Of a DNA stretch of 64,000 nucleotides, positions 12,301 through 24,190 are shown one piece after another (the first letter of the stretch is position 1; every line of letters begins with the position of its first letter). The DNA lies in NCBI GenBank assembly GCA_043228905.1, contig JBHGNT010000009.1, positions 3,720,001 through 3,784,000 on the forward strand. Direction: 5' to 3'. The notes beneath the pieces are model-generated. The model did not search any database. It was not told the origin of the DNA and saw only the letters and a program-made list of their open reading frames with translations. Source of the DNA: Azolla caroliniana (Eukaryota; Plantae; Polypodiophyta). The translations under genes were made by a program, and so were the position numbers.

Positions 12301-13665
12301 TGGATAACCCAGTATTACATCAGTGGTACAAAGATTCATTACATGGAAGTCTACTTCCTCTATATAAGTATCAATAGAAATTCGTAATGAATGAATCGCC
12401 ATGTTGATGTATTGTACTCTTCCATCAGCCAAGTGCACCGTATAGGTGTGATCACTTACGGTGGGTTGGATTCCCCATATCTGAACCAAACGATCATTCA
12501 CAAAGTTGTGTGAGCTTCCCGAATCAAACAAAAATTGTACGGGAGATCCATTGATATACTCGTTTGCACGTAGTAAATCATTGGGACCCAATACATAGTG
12601 AAGGAAAGAACATTGACAATTACTTAAATGATGTGTATAGACCTAGTAAAGGACATTAGGAATATGACCTTTATGGTCTGCAGCTTTAGCTTTGCTATTG
12701 TGCTCTTTCCGTTGGAGCTTTCGACATTGCTCTTTTGTATGACCCTTCTTTTTGCAGAATACGCAAAAATGATGTTGTCGCTTACAATCGCAATCCATGA
12801 ATTCGTTGGGTGTCTTGCATTTCCTAGCGAAATCAGTTCTTGCTAGTATCCATGACCGTTGAATAGGAACATTAAACTGAAAGCCCAAATGAAATGAGCG
12901 ACTGCTTAGTCCCGAGCGCTTCGTTGAGTTTGTTGTGTTCTTCTTCGAAGTGCGTTGATAGTGAAGAACTATTTCAACGGCCTCTTCGAAGGATTTTGGA
13001 TCCTTATCGTGCTCTATCCAGTGATAGTTCAAATTGGGGATGCCAGTGACAAAACAAGTTATTAACCAATTGTCCCCTTCTAGACCCAATATTTGGATTT
13101 GGGTTCTAGCATGGTGGACATAGTTTTCTAGCGAAGAAAATTTCCAGCTAGAGAGGTTTGTTAAAGCTTGAGTTGCCTAGGTTCGAGAGGGAGGTTGCAG
13201 AAATTGGCCCTTAAAAACTATGACAAAATTTGTACAGGTATCGGGCAATTTCCCCAAAGTTCAGAGCCCACGCCACCAGGCGGCGGCCTTACCCCCTAGT
13301 TCTCAGCCGACATATGCAATCTTCGTACTATCTGGCGTGGGATAGACCTCAAAATGAGACTCCCATCTGCCCAGCCACGTGCAAATTGCTTCTTCGGTTC
13401 TTTCCTTTTTTTCTCCGGTAAATGGCTTAACGACAAACGATGGTTCACCTTGTCGCTCATCAGGTCTATTAGTCTCACGTTGTAAACTAATGACACGTGC
13501 CTCGAGAGCACTTTGAGATTGCCAAAGTTCGGTCATCTATTGAGCGGTGAAACTAAGGTATTGGCTTATTTGTGAAAAATACATCTCAATGGACATTTGT
13601 CTAGGAGGATTTTCTTGAGTTCCTTCCACTTGAGCGGATGACATCGGGTCGTTATTTTGACCCAT
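9301..13665 (-). pseudogene. Gag-pol of Gypsy element 1 (frameshifted, with stops)
   Basis: Zinc knuckle CVFCKKKGHTKEQC; protease [10 protein letters not shown]; [11 protein letters not shown] and FLDDIL; RNase H ETDASDYAIG; integrase [10 protein letters not shown]; chromodomain FKIKWMDK. Confidence 0.92.
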
Positions 13666-14763
13666 GGAATGATTATTTCTGGCAAAGAAATAGGATAAGG
13701 TTAGACAAATAGTCATAACATCATGTCGTGATGTAAACATATTATGGGCAAACATTAATCGATATCATGATCTCACGTCAATACCCCTCTAGACGTTGAG
13801 ATGAGGTTGAAGATCAGGTTACTATGGTAACACAAAGGTGTTTTAAAAACCATGGGGGTAACAAATTAATGTCTTTCCCTAATCTCTATATCGATTTTTT
13901 CATGGCGGCTCCCCGAGGCTCAGCCATGTATGTACGCATCATGAATAGTTTATACACGGAAAAAATGTTAACAATAAACTATGTTTTGGTGCCCACATAT
14001 GTGGTTTCGGCTCTTTAAGTCCTATTATGAGGACCCCGAAGTGCACTTAGACCTCAAGTCTAAACATGTGTTATAGTCATATGTATCAACGATGTTCTAC
14101 GGTCTTGGTCATATTTGAACTCGAGACCTCGAGAACAAATGCATTAAACACTTGAGCTAACCAAATAGGTTGCTCTTATTCCCCCCTCATTTACACAAAC
14201 TATGTTGGTACGTTACCTAACCTCAAGTCTCATAATTACGATGGCATACGCCAAAGTGAAACCTAATGGTCAAGCCAAATGAGCCCTCTTTTCGTAGTAG
14301 GTCCACGTGGCCCATCACATGGTTACGTCATTACGAATGCCTTTCGTAAGAATGATCTCATGGTGGCATCGTATCCATGTAATGAGGGAGGGATGTTGGA
14401 TATGTGTGTCCTAGGAGCGACCTCACATGAAGTGGGTCAAGCCCTATGTTCTCACCATCATCGTGGCTATGAGCATTTTGTTATGTAACGAAATCGAAGT
14501 GACAAACAGGGATATCAACAAAAAAATTGTTGAAAAAAGGATGGTGACTACGCCATTCTCACAAAAACGTGAGGATGGCCACCAAGATCCTTTCCCCGAA
14601 AAGGACAACATTCGATATAGAAATTACGTTATAACTAACATACACATATGTATATTTATCACACATACATGATCAAATACGTATACACGTGACCACATAT
14701 GCGTATATTAAGAAAAATCACAACATCAAATAGCCAACATACGATGAAATCGAGACACGTAAT

Positions 14764-15015
14764 CGAGGCATATAGCCTCTACGCACACAAAACATCCAAT
14801 AATAAGGGTTAATCATAATACGCAATTGAGGTATTGACCTCTTACGCATACGACACCAAACGCATATCATTTACAAAAAATCGAGGTATTGACCTCATAC
14901 GCATACGTAACATATGTATGTGAACGTAATACGCAATTGAGGTATTAACCTCGTACGCATACAACACTAATCACATATTAAATATATGTCAAATGAGGTA
15001 TTGACCTCATACACA
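14764..15015. repeat. About 56-bp-period tandem repeat with a GAGGT-ATTG-ACCTC hairpin core in the Gypsy 5' leader
   Basis: Cores at 14828, 14883, 14939 and 14995, plus a degenerate copy at 14764. Confidence 0.8.
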
Positions 15016-15253
15016 TGTGAACGTTTTATACAACCAATTAATTACCACTACAGCATCATTGAATCAATGAATAAATAAATAAACCATATTGACCATATAC
15101 ATGATTAGAAGGGAGAAGAAAAAATAGAAAACAAAACAAGAAAGATTACCGAAGTTCCTTTGTTGATTGTTGTTTGGAACAAGGTTGACTGCACGTTGAT
15201 CGATCACCATCCATCAAGAAGACAAAACCAACAAAAGAAACATTAGAACATGA

Positions 15254-15265
15254 GCTCTGATACCA
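15254..15265 (-). other. Primer-binding site (tRNA-iMet) of Gypsy element 1
   Basis: TGGTATCAGAGC on the minus strand, 2 nt from the 5' LTR. Confidence 0.9.
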
Positions 15266-15267
15266 AC

Positions 15268-15606
15268 TATTAGAGATATGATCTAATGTAAGCGTATGAT
15301 AAGGAGAAAATAATGATAGATAGATAGAAAGGAGAGAGAAAAAGAAGGGTATCGATCCACCCGACCACCCCCGAGCGAAGGGATCGAGACGGACTCGAGC
15401 CTCGATCGGCGTACCATACCACCGTCGTGGTGTCGATTCGTACCTAGTGTTGGCGCGCACTTGGCCTAATGGGTTGTCTCAATCCCGAGGATTAAAAGTA
15501 ATCCTCCCCTTCTTTACACTCTCGTTTAACCCTCACACTTATCCACGTGGCTAGAATACTACGGTAAATTCTCACCACGGGATATTATATGGTCATGCCC
15601 ATAACA
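15268..15606 (-). repeat. 5' LTR of Gypsy element 1, with an internal deletion of about 120 bp relative to the 3' LTR
   Basis: Matches 1073-1532 except for the missing segment at about 1267-1384. Confidence 0.9.
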
Positions 15607-16291
15607 TATATGGTCCATCATTATGCCTTCGCGATGAAGGTAACGGCCGAACAAGAGCCCGAGAGCTCTATCGAAGCAACTCATGACCCATGATGGGTGA
15701 AAGCAGTCAACCCAAGCCTTCGTCATAGGCTTGATGGGGAGGAACTGAAATTCCCACAAAAATACCGACGTCGAAAGCCGAACAGAAGCCGACATCGAAA
15801 GCCGGACAACGCCAAAAGCAAAACCAGATGTTGGACGCCTCACACTTGAGCTTGAGGGGGCGTGTTGAGATATCAAGCTCAACTAGATTTAGTTAGTTAG
15901 TCAACACACATAACTTAGTAGTTACCTAGATAGAATCTAGTGTGTTGACCTTAAAGCCTTAAGTAGGATTTTGTACTTGAGTGGGATACATTGTACATCC
16001 TCCACTCCCATGATCATTTAATATAGGACTTACACCTTTGTACCTATATTCTACTACACATTTGCACATGAGATGTATATATACCTCAATGTGGGTATTT
16101 TTATATTTGATGATGCTTTTTAATATACACTCTCGTTAATCATCCTCCATTTATATTATTGTTCATAAGTGTAACTTCCTCTCTCTCTTCCTCTCACACA
16201 GATACACACATATCACATAATCTTCTGTTGCTTAACTTAATCACATAGTTAGGTACTAATTAACCCTTGCTTAATTACCTAATTCTTGACA
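15607..16291 (+). mobile_element. Right part of the Copia element: post-integrase linker, PPT and probable 3' LTR (about 15863-16291)
   Basis: Continues the frame from 1072; PPT TTGAGGGGGCG followed by TGTTGAGA; LTR end at ...CTTGACA is tentative. Confidence 0.6.
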
Positions 16292-19200
16292 TTTCTTTAT
16301 TCCTGATAATTAATGCAGGTTGCCTCTTCTCCTAGGGATCAACAATATGGGGGTTCTCCATTCTAGTCTCTTGTTGTATGAGGCAAATTTTGCTTCAGAG
16401 GCTATGACAATCATCAACAAGCATCTAATTTCTCTCTCCCCTTTTCGGCAACCTCACAAGCAAATGCGTGTATCCCATGTATGGACACAGTATCTACAGT
16501 CACATTATGGATCTTATGGAAGTATCATTGTAAAAGATTATATATTGCTCTTATGGAAGTATCCATAATTCCTCTTCTCTCAGATATATTGCCTAAATTA
16601 TGGGAGAGATTATTAGCGGTAGTGCGTGGGCAATATATCAATATGACAGGCTCTTCGGAGGTTGTTCTTAAGAAAAGGAAAAATTTACTACAATTATGGA
16701 GGAAGTTGCTTTTGTTCACAGTCTCCTCTCAAGGACCGATCTGGAAATATCATCACCCTTGGTCCTTACCCTGACCATCTCTTTTGTATATAACATTCTC
16801 CGATTGTACATTTTGTAGCATTCCAGTGATTTTCTCAATACTAATGAAGGAAATCTTTTGGAAATAATAATAATAATCTCCTTCGTGACCTTTGCAATCC
16901 AAACTCGGCAAAGTAATCACAAAGGTAGAAAACCAACAAAAGGTGATGAGCTCTATGAAAAACAAATCGTAAACTATCTAAGTTGCGGGGTTGATTTAAG
17001 AATAATGGTCAAGTTTGCATGTCATACATGTATTGATTCTTTTAGTTCAAGTACAAAAATTCTCTTTGAAGGTTTGAAGTCTTGTGACAAATCTTCAAAT
17101 AACGTGTTATAGCTACTTTTACATCATGACTACTGCTCACCACCTTGTCGATCATTATACATCTTGAAAAGATTCCTAAGAGATGTTGAAATTGATGGAC
17201 TTAAAACATTTTGTTTCATTGATTTACCAACATTTAAATTAGCCCATGTTAAAAAGTTATTGTGTGTAAGCTCTTTCAAATTCCATTGAAACTAGTCCAT
17301 ATTTTGGAAAGTGCAACCAAATTCCATGAGAATATCAAAGATTGGATCCATAATACACCGTAAGAAAGAACATAACTTCTCATATTTTTGTCCTCAAAGT
17401 AATTGTTCACAATCATGGCATGTCACGTATGATGATGCTCTATGATGGCTTTTCCCTCATAATTCTATAGAAAAAATGAACAAGAACTAAAAGGTTTTGC
17501 TCCAAAGAAATTTCTTTTGAGGATATTCTTGGAATATAATGATGGGGTTAGAGATAGGAAAAACAAACCAATGTTTCAAAAACTTTCCTTTAGGACTCAT
17601 CCATTATGAATGTGGCTTTTGAACTATGAAGCTTGTCATTGGTCGAACATCATTTGTCAAGAAGCAATAATATCATCTAGAGTCCAGTCTATTCCGCAAA
17701 ATATATAAATTGTCTTATTTGTTCTAGACAATGACAATATAAGAGGAAATGAAATAGTAACGTGTCTTAACTTTCATGGAATTTTCAAGCAAAGTTAATG
17801 CCACGAGCTAATCTTGAGTTTTTTATAGACATTATGTGTAAGTTTATAAAAGATGTCAATAAAAAGAACGAGTCAAGGACAATGGAGCCATGAGGCATTT
17901 TTTAGCTAGACATTAAATAAGAGTAGTTACAGACTTAAACACGAGGGTTCGAGTAAATGCATGTCTTATCAACATTTTATAATGTTTGGAAAATTGAATG
18001 AACTAGTGTAATGCATGAACTTGTATAACCACCAAAGCAAATTTGTAATTACTTCATGGTCCATGTATTGAATTGTATACTGACATAGACCATACAATCG
18101 AACTTTTATAGAGTAGAGAGAGACAAGAAACCATTAATGTGTATTACTTTCAATTGAATGCAATAATGATGGGATATGTGAAAGATATAACATCGCGTCT
18201 ACATCTTAGCTTTAATTATCAATCCTTTATTAAAAGGAGAACTAGATGCACTTTTTTATAAAAGGAAACGGTGCTAGAATACATTTAATGAAGAGATATT
18301 GTGGGTTTACAAAAGAGGCCGTGATGACCGGTCTTATGAGGGGAAAATGATATGCAATAGTGTGCACCACAAGGTACCAACTAAGTGGAAGCAAACTTAA
18401 GAAAGACTCCACTGACATAGGGAGGATGCCAATGAACCTCATAGGAAGTTTCACGCATTTGTTTTCGGGTTTGAAACTATTTAGTAAGATGATATCATGT
18501 CAAGTTAATGACCATAGCATATCACTTCGTCTAGTAAGGGCTAGGGTGTGGTTGGGTTAAGGACCAAGGTGTTCAACTCACAAAGGTCCCTATGTTCAAT
18601 ATCTATTGAGGGGCGCCCCACATGTTGGTGTATGGATGTTGATGAATATGCACAAAACTACGTTTTTTGCATCTAGTAACAATTAATCAACTAATGCTTC
18701 ACCATCCATCATGTATATTCGAATGATCGTTATTGGTAATGGGTCTAGCTTCATCAACAATAGAGAATGCAACCTTGCGCATGACACATGAGAGAATGAT
18801 TGAAGTGTATCAGCGTTGACATATATGTTGTGACATGGTCTTCTTCGGGCTCAACTGTACAAGTGGGATGTGAAGGTTGTGTATGGCTTTGCCAATACTT
18901 CATAATATTAATCACGTACATTAACGAAGAGCATGATAATGGCCCATTCCTCTCATTCAAGTTTCAAACGACTAAGTAGCTAGGCATTACATTTTTTGGG
19001 AAGTAAAAGTAAAAAGGCAAATAAATAAGGGATCAATGAGGGTGTTAGTATGTAACGCTTCAAGCAAAAAGTAAGGGAATTAGAAAGAGGATATGTAGAG
19101 CAAACTAGTGAAAGTTTATTTGAGCTGAAACATGGCTTATAGTTATGCCTAAGAAAACAAAATTGGCTAATATTTCATGCAAAGAGTCTACCCTATCAAG

Positions 19201-20407
19201 GTGCAACAATAAATAAGAGGAGTTCCTTAGGCACCTCCTCTTGAGTGATGCTTAACGAGATTTCCACCACCACTTACCTGCCTTTGGAACACTAGTAAAG
19301 CTAGTAATGTTTCAAGTGTCAAGATGTTCGATATTGGGTGAAGAGAATTGTGTTCCCACTAACCCACCCTTGGAATAGAGTTAAACCTAGTGACGCTCAA
19401 AGTTTTTAGAGATCTGGAATACAATGCTTAAAAAGAACAAATTGGTCATAGTAAAAATAAATAAACAAATTGACAATGTATTAAGCATTATATCATACAT
19501 GTGCGAAAGAAGACCCAATAGTCATGGGCAATATACATGAAGGGGATTTCAATTTTGTTTGGAATTAGTTAGAATTGTGTTAACTGAGTTTCAATTCCTA
19601 TTAAAAACTTACTCTTCACTTGAAGTGGGTTATTTATATTTACGCATTGATCTAGATGCTAAAATGTTTCGAGTCACTTTTGATTAAGTCATTGAATGTA
19701 CATGCAATGTAATGTAGGAATACATTAAATTGTTAGAGTATATAATATAATGTAATTAAAATTAAGGTACAACTCCTTGGATTGAAGACGGATAGGTTAC
19801 TAGCCCATCAACCAATGATTTAATCCCCTCTTTGACAATGATAAAAGGAGGTTTGATCATGCTTTCCTCACATTGAAGATATTCTCCTTAAAAAAAATGC
19901 CAGTAAGTCTATTAAGAAGTGTAGAATCTAAGGATTCAATCAATTTTAATTTCTTACATCTAAGGACGTGAAATTGATCCATCAAGTGCATGCATGCAAT
20001 TATGTCACACTTTTCGTCATATCTCTAAGGAGACTCATTTGATGCGAGTTATGTTCGTAACAACGACACATGCATGGTATAAAGTTTGTATAATTTATCC
20101 AGAAATGTACACGCGCACGCATTCATGTTTTGCCTTCGAGGGCATGGAAACATGCGCGTCGAATTAGAAGCTCCGCAGTTTAAATGACCCACTTACCCCA
20201 GTAGGTGAAGGGAGAAAGAAGCAAACAAGGAAACTAAATTTCCCACACCTAGAGAGCCCAACAAAGTTAGTACTGATCATGGTGGGGGAGGTGGGTAATG
20301 AATGAACATCTCTCGAATATGAAGAAATGAGCTTCCGACCGATGAGGCGAGATATATACCGAAAACGTAACCCCAATCCAAGTTTATATCCACTTGCCGA
20401 CATCAAT

Positions 20408-20566
20408 CATACGTACATACATACATACACAAACACACATACATATACATACATACATACATACATTGATATACATATACGGACATACATTGCATACATA
20501 TACATACATATGTACATAAACATACTGGCATACATACATACATACATACATACATACATACATACA
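20408..20566. repeat. (TACA)n compound microsatellite
   Basis: Directly visible. Confidence 0.9.
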
Positions 20567-21705
20567 AAAGGAATATTCACAAGCTAAGGCACTTACTACA
20601 TCAACTTAAGCTAAAGCAAAAAAAAGAAAAGAGTGTGTACAACTCTCTCTTGTTTGATGTACGTATCTCTCATTTCAGATGGCCCATTTACTCTGGTCTA
20701 ATATATCTATCTTTCTTTCTATCTATCAATCCATCCATCCATCCATCTGAATCTGTATTATGTAAAAGAAACAGAAGAATTCCTCCATTGATTTTCTGTC
20801 ACTAGTAGAAAGATGTTAGGCGACTTTAAAGGAGGAACTTTACTCCTCTTGGCGGCTTTCATACACAAGGGTATTTTATTCTTCGGTAGGACATTGGTCC
20901 ACAAGGATTGATCGATAATATCTACACAGTGTTAGCCCACAGAAACAGGGTATTATGACAGTTCCATTGAAAAAACGCTTCCCATTTTGTCTTGATTTCG
21001 ACATATTATGACTCCAGGATGAGATTTTAAGGCCTCCATCATATTATGTTTTAATGCGTAGTAGGATTTACTCATACTGACATTTGTGCTCTTCCACAAA
21101 CTACATAAATTTGGTCACGAGACAAGCTCTCGAAAATCAGGATTAAACAAATAATTAACCAACCTTGAGCAATAAGAATTACGAGCATTTTGATTACGAA
21201 GGATAAGTTGATTACTGCTTTCTTCTCTCAAATTCAAAATATAAATCCCCATTGCACTCATCCGGAGAGATTAGGGGCACTGACCGCAACTCCTATTCTT
21301 TAGTGTCAATAAGAATGCAAAGGCAGTTTCAATGAATGGAATGGCTCATAACCAAACGTCCAATCAATCAATATTATTAAGCAAATTAAGTTAATCGATT
21401 ATTTGGTCAATGGAGTGGAGGATTTGGGTTTTACTTTAAATCTCTCCATTAATCAATCCATTGATTTTTGGGGAACAGCCATTTGTTCTTTGTGGTACCA
21501 AGTCCAACATCATCATAAATGGTGATGGTGGCAATTTACTTACCAATGGAGAAAGAAATCATAAAGAAGGCCTCTGGATTAATGGCAAAAAAAATGTACA
21601 AAACGATGAGTGATTATCATCATTATAGAAAAGAAACAAGTGGAAATGTAAATTTTTTGGATCCTTCCATATGATTGATCCAAAAGCTTACCATATGGTT
21701 CTTCA

Positions 21706-23448
21706 TTAATTACAAGAATGCGGATGTGGATTCATGTATCTATCTAGCTTATGTGGAACCTTAGCCTCCAAGTTAATACTATGATCAAGATCATTGTTGC
21801 TCTGCATGATAGCATTGTGAAGAGAGGATCCACATTTGGGGCATTTGGGATTTGAACTCATGGACAGCATCACAAACATCAAGCAATGGGGGCACCCAAG
21901 GGTAATCATGGGTCCATCATAACTGCTAGATTCATGATGATTATTATTGTGACTAATCGGCGTGGCATCATTAATCCTCTGATTTTGATGAGGGAATAGA
22001 AGCTGGACAAGATTCTGCTCACAAGGATAGTGGTTAAGTCCATGGCTAGGTGGTCTTTCTCTATCAAGGCGGGACTGCGAATTGTCAAGTGATCTTGCGG
22101 AAGAGGTTGTGGTGCTTGGTCTTCGGCCAAGCCCGAGGGAGAGATCCAAATTGCAGAGATTAGGGTTAGGGTGAGTGTCGGCGACGACTTCATCGGGCGC
22201 ATGGTGGGTCTTCTTCTGAGGGGCCGACAGAAGGTCACCGATTGGTGGGGTAGGTTTGATGAGTATGGGATATGTGGTGGTAGATGCAGAGGCAGAGGCT
22301 GTGCCTGCAATGGTGGGTTCAATGGTTAGATCAGAGGAGGATGGAGAGTTTGGCCAATTCATGGTGGTATTATGGTGGTTTAGGGTTTTGGCACTTGGTA
22401 CAGCTGCTTGTGGTGTGGTAGCACCATTACTGGTTAGATGGCTTCTTGGATCAATGGAGGTCTGAAAGCCTGTGCTTCTGTTAAGATAGTACATGCTCCC
22501 AGTCTGCAATTTGCATGTCCATACACAGAATGAATCAAACCATTGAAACCCACAACAATCTAAGCATAAAACCCTAAAAAAACACACACCCCCCAAAAAA
22601 AAGAAACAGCACAATCATATCGCATATTCATAAGCCATATTTAGATGAAGAACAAGAAACACATGATACCAATGAGAAGGAAAGCTAGGGTTTTGATGGA
22701 GATCAAAACCTAAGTAGCTCTATGATTCCCTCCACAGAGACGGTGATAGTGATGACACAGACAGACATAGACATATATGTATATATACATATATACAGAC
22801 ATATAAGTATACATACATATATACAGACATATATGTATACATACATATATACAGACATATATATATATATGGACCATGGTGGATGTATAATGGGAAAATA
22901 TTGAACAGGTTTGGATGAGATTAGCGTGAACTGTGACTGACCTCCAAATCCAAGCATTTCTCCCATCCAGGTGGCAGGGGAAGGGATGAAGTATCTGAGT
23001 GTTCAAACTCGAAGCTATCATCGCCATATCCATCCTTAATCACTTTCTCTGCATGATCACGATGGTGCTGGTGATCAAACTGATGATGATGATGATGATG
23101 ATGATCGTGATGGGCCTCCTCTGCCTTTGCGTATTGAAGCTTCCCTCCATCCAGGAGATTCAGAGTCATAGGCCTGACGCTCGGATCATAACGATTCCAA
23201 GAGGTGGGCGATGATCGCTTCTCGAAGGATGGGAGCGAGTGATTAGGGTCACGGTTAGGGTAAGCGTTAGGGTAAGGGTTAGGGTTAGGGTTAGGGTTAG
23301 GGTAAGGATTAGGGTTAGGGTTAGGGTTAGGGTTGGAAGAGCCGGTGGAGCGAGAGAAACCCATCATGAGCTGGAGGATGGATTGTTGTTCATCATCATC
23401 CCAGTAGAGCTTGCGTTTCTTGGATTGCAGAGGGGCTGCCATAGCCAT
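21706..23448 (-). CDS. CFL1: CURLY FLAG LEAF 1-like WW-domain protein, about 434 aa. Exons: 23448-22942 and 22503-21706
   Basis: WW domain LPPGWEKCLDLE|TGSMYYLNRSTG split by a GT-AG phase-0 intron; EAR-like LDLSLGL; C-terminal GCPHCLMFVML...PKCPKC; N-terminal KKRK; intact frame. Confidence 0.88.
23243..23336 (+). repeat. (TTAGGG)n-like array inside CFL1 exon 1, encoding poly-(Asn-Pro)
   Basis: Directly visible hexamer array. Confidence 0.9.
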
Positions 23449-23629
23449 ATAAGCAGGGAAAACAAAAAAAAAAACACAGAGAGAGAGAGAGAGGAGGAGG
23501 AGGAGGTTGAATGAATGAATGAATAATAGAATGTGATTTTGATGGAAGGGAAGAGGGAAGGAAGTGCTTCTGAGATTTTACGGTTTTTTGCAGTGTATGT
23601 ATGTGTGGAATTTATGTGCTTCTGGTATT

Positions 23630-23862
23630 TAATACATACATACGTATGTATGTGTTATACACACACGTATATGTATACGTATATACATACCGTATGACAG
23701 AGAGAGAGAGAGAGAGAGCATTAATGTTGCATAATACATACTACTTGGGCACACTCTCTCTCTCTCTCTCTCTCTACTCTGTTTCGATCATTCATTGTTC
23801 ATGTAACACTTTGCATTCCACATTAATTAACTTGAAGGAAAGAAGGGGGGGGGACTCGGGAG

Positions 23863-23903
<41 letters not shown>

Positions 23904-24190
23904 GCTAGATAGATATAGCTAATAATAGCTAGCAGCTACCTTTTGCTTGCTTGCTTGTTTGCTTCTTGTTTTATGTAGGCTGTAGCAAAAGCATGATGTC
24001 ACTCGTTTACTTATTATATGAGCTTTTCATGCATACATCCCCCAAGATCCATCCACATGCACATGCATGGCATCCCATCCCATCCCACCATGATACACAC
24101 ACACACACACACATACATCCCATGATCCATCCACATCCACATGCATGCCATGCCATCCCATCCCATCCCATCCCATCCCATCCATGCCAC
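23630..24190. repeat. Microsatellite cluster upstream of CFL1 ((GA)n, (CT)n, (CA)n, (CATCC)n)
   Basis: Directly visible; accounts for the spurious ORFs here. Confidence 0.85.

Larger units (their letters stand above)
1073..15606 (-). mobile_element. Ty3/Gypsy chromovirus-type LTR retrotransposon, full-length but decayed; contains the 1617-9300 insertion
   Basis: Two homologous LTRs; 5-bp TSD TATAT at 1068-1072 and 15607-15611; tRNA-Met PBS; PPT; gag-PR-RT-RH-INT-chromodomain order on the minus strand. Confidence 0.93.

Noticed and set aside
14764-15015. CRISPR-like regularly spaced palindromic repeats
   Set aside because: They lie in a Gypsy leader in eukaryotic DNA, the spacers are partly homologous to each other, and no cas genes are present.
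16300-20160. Possible decayed DNA transposon coding remnants
   Set aside because: No motif, TIR or TSD could be identified with confidence by eye.
23243-23336. True telomere or chromosome-fusion scar
   Set aside because: Short, in frame inside an intact exon, and not at a sequence end.
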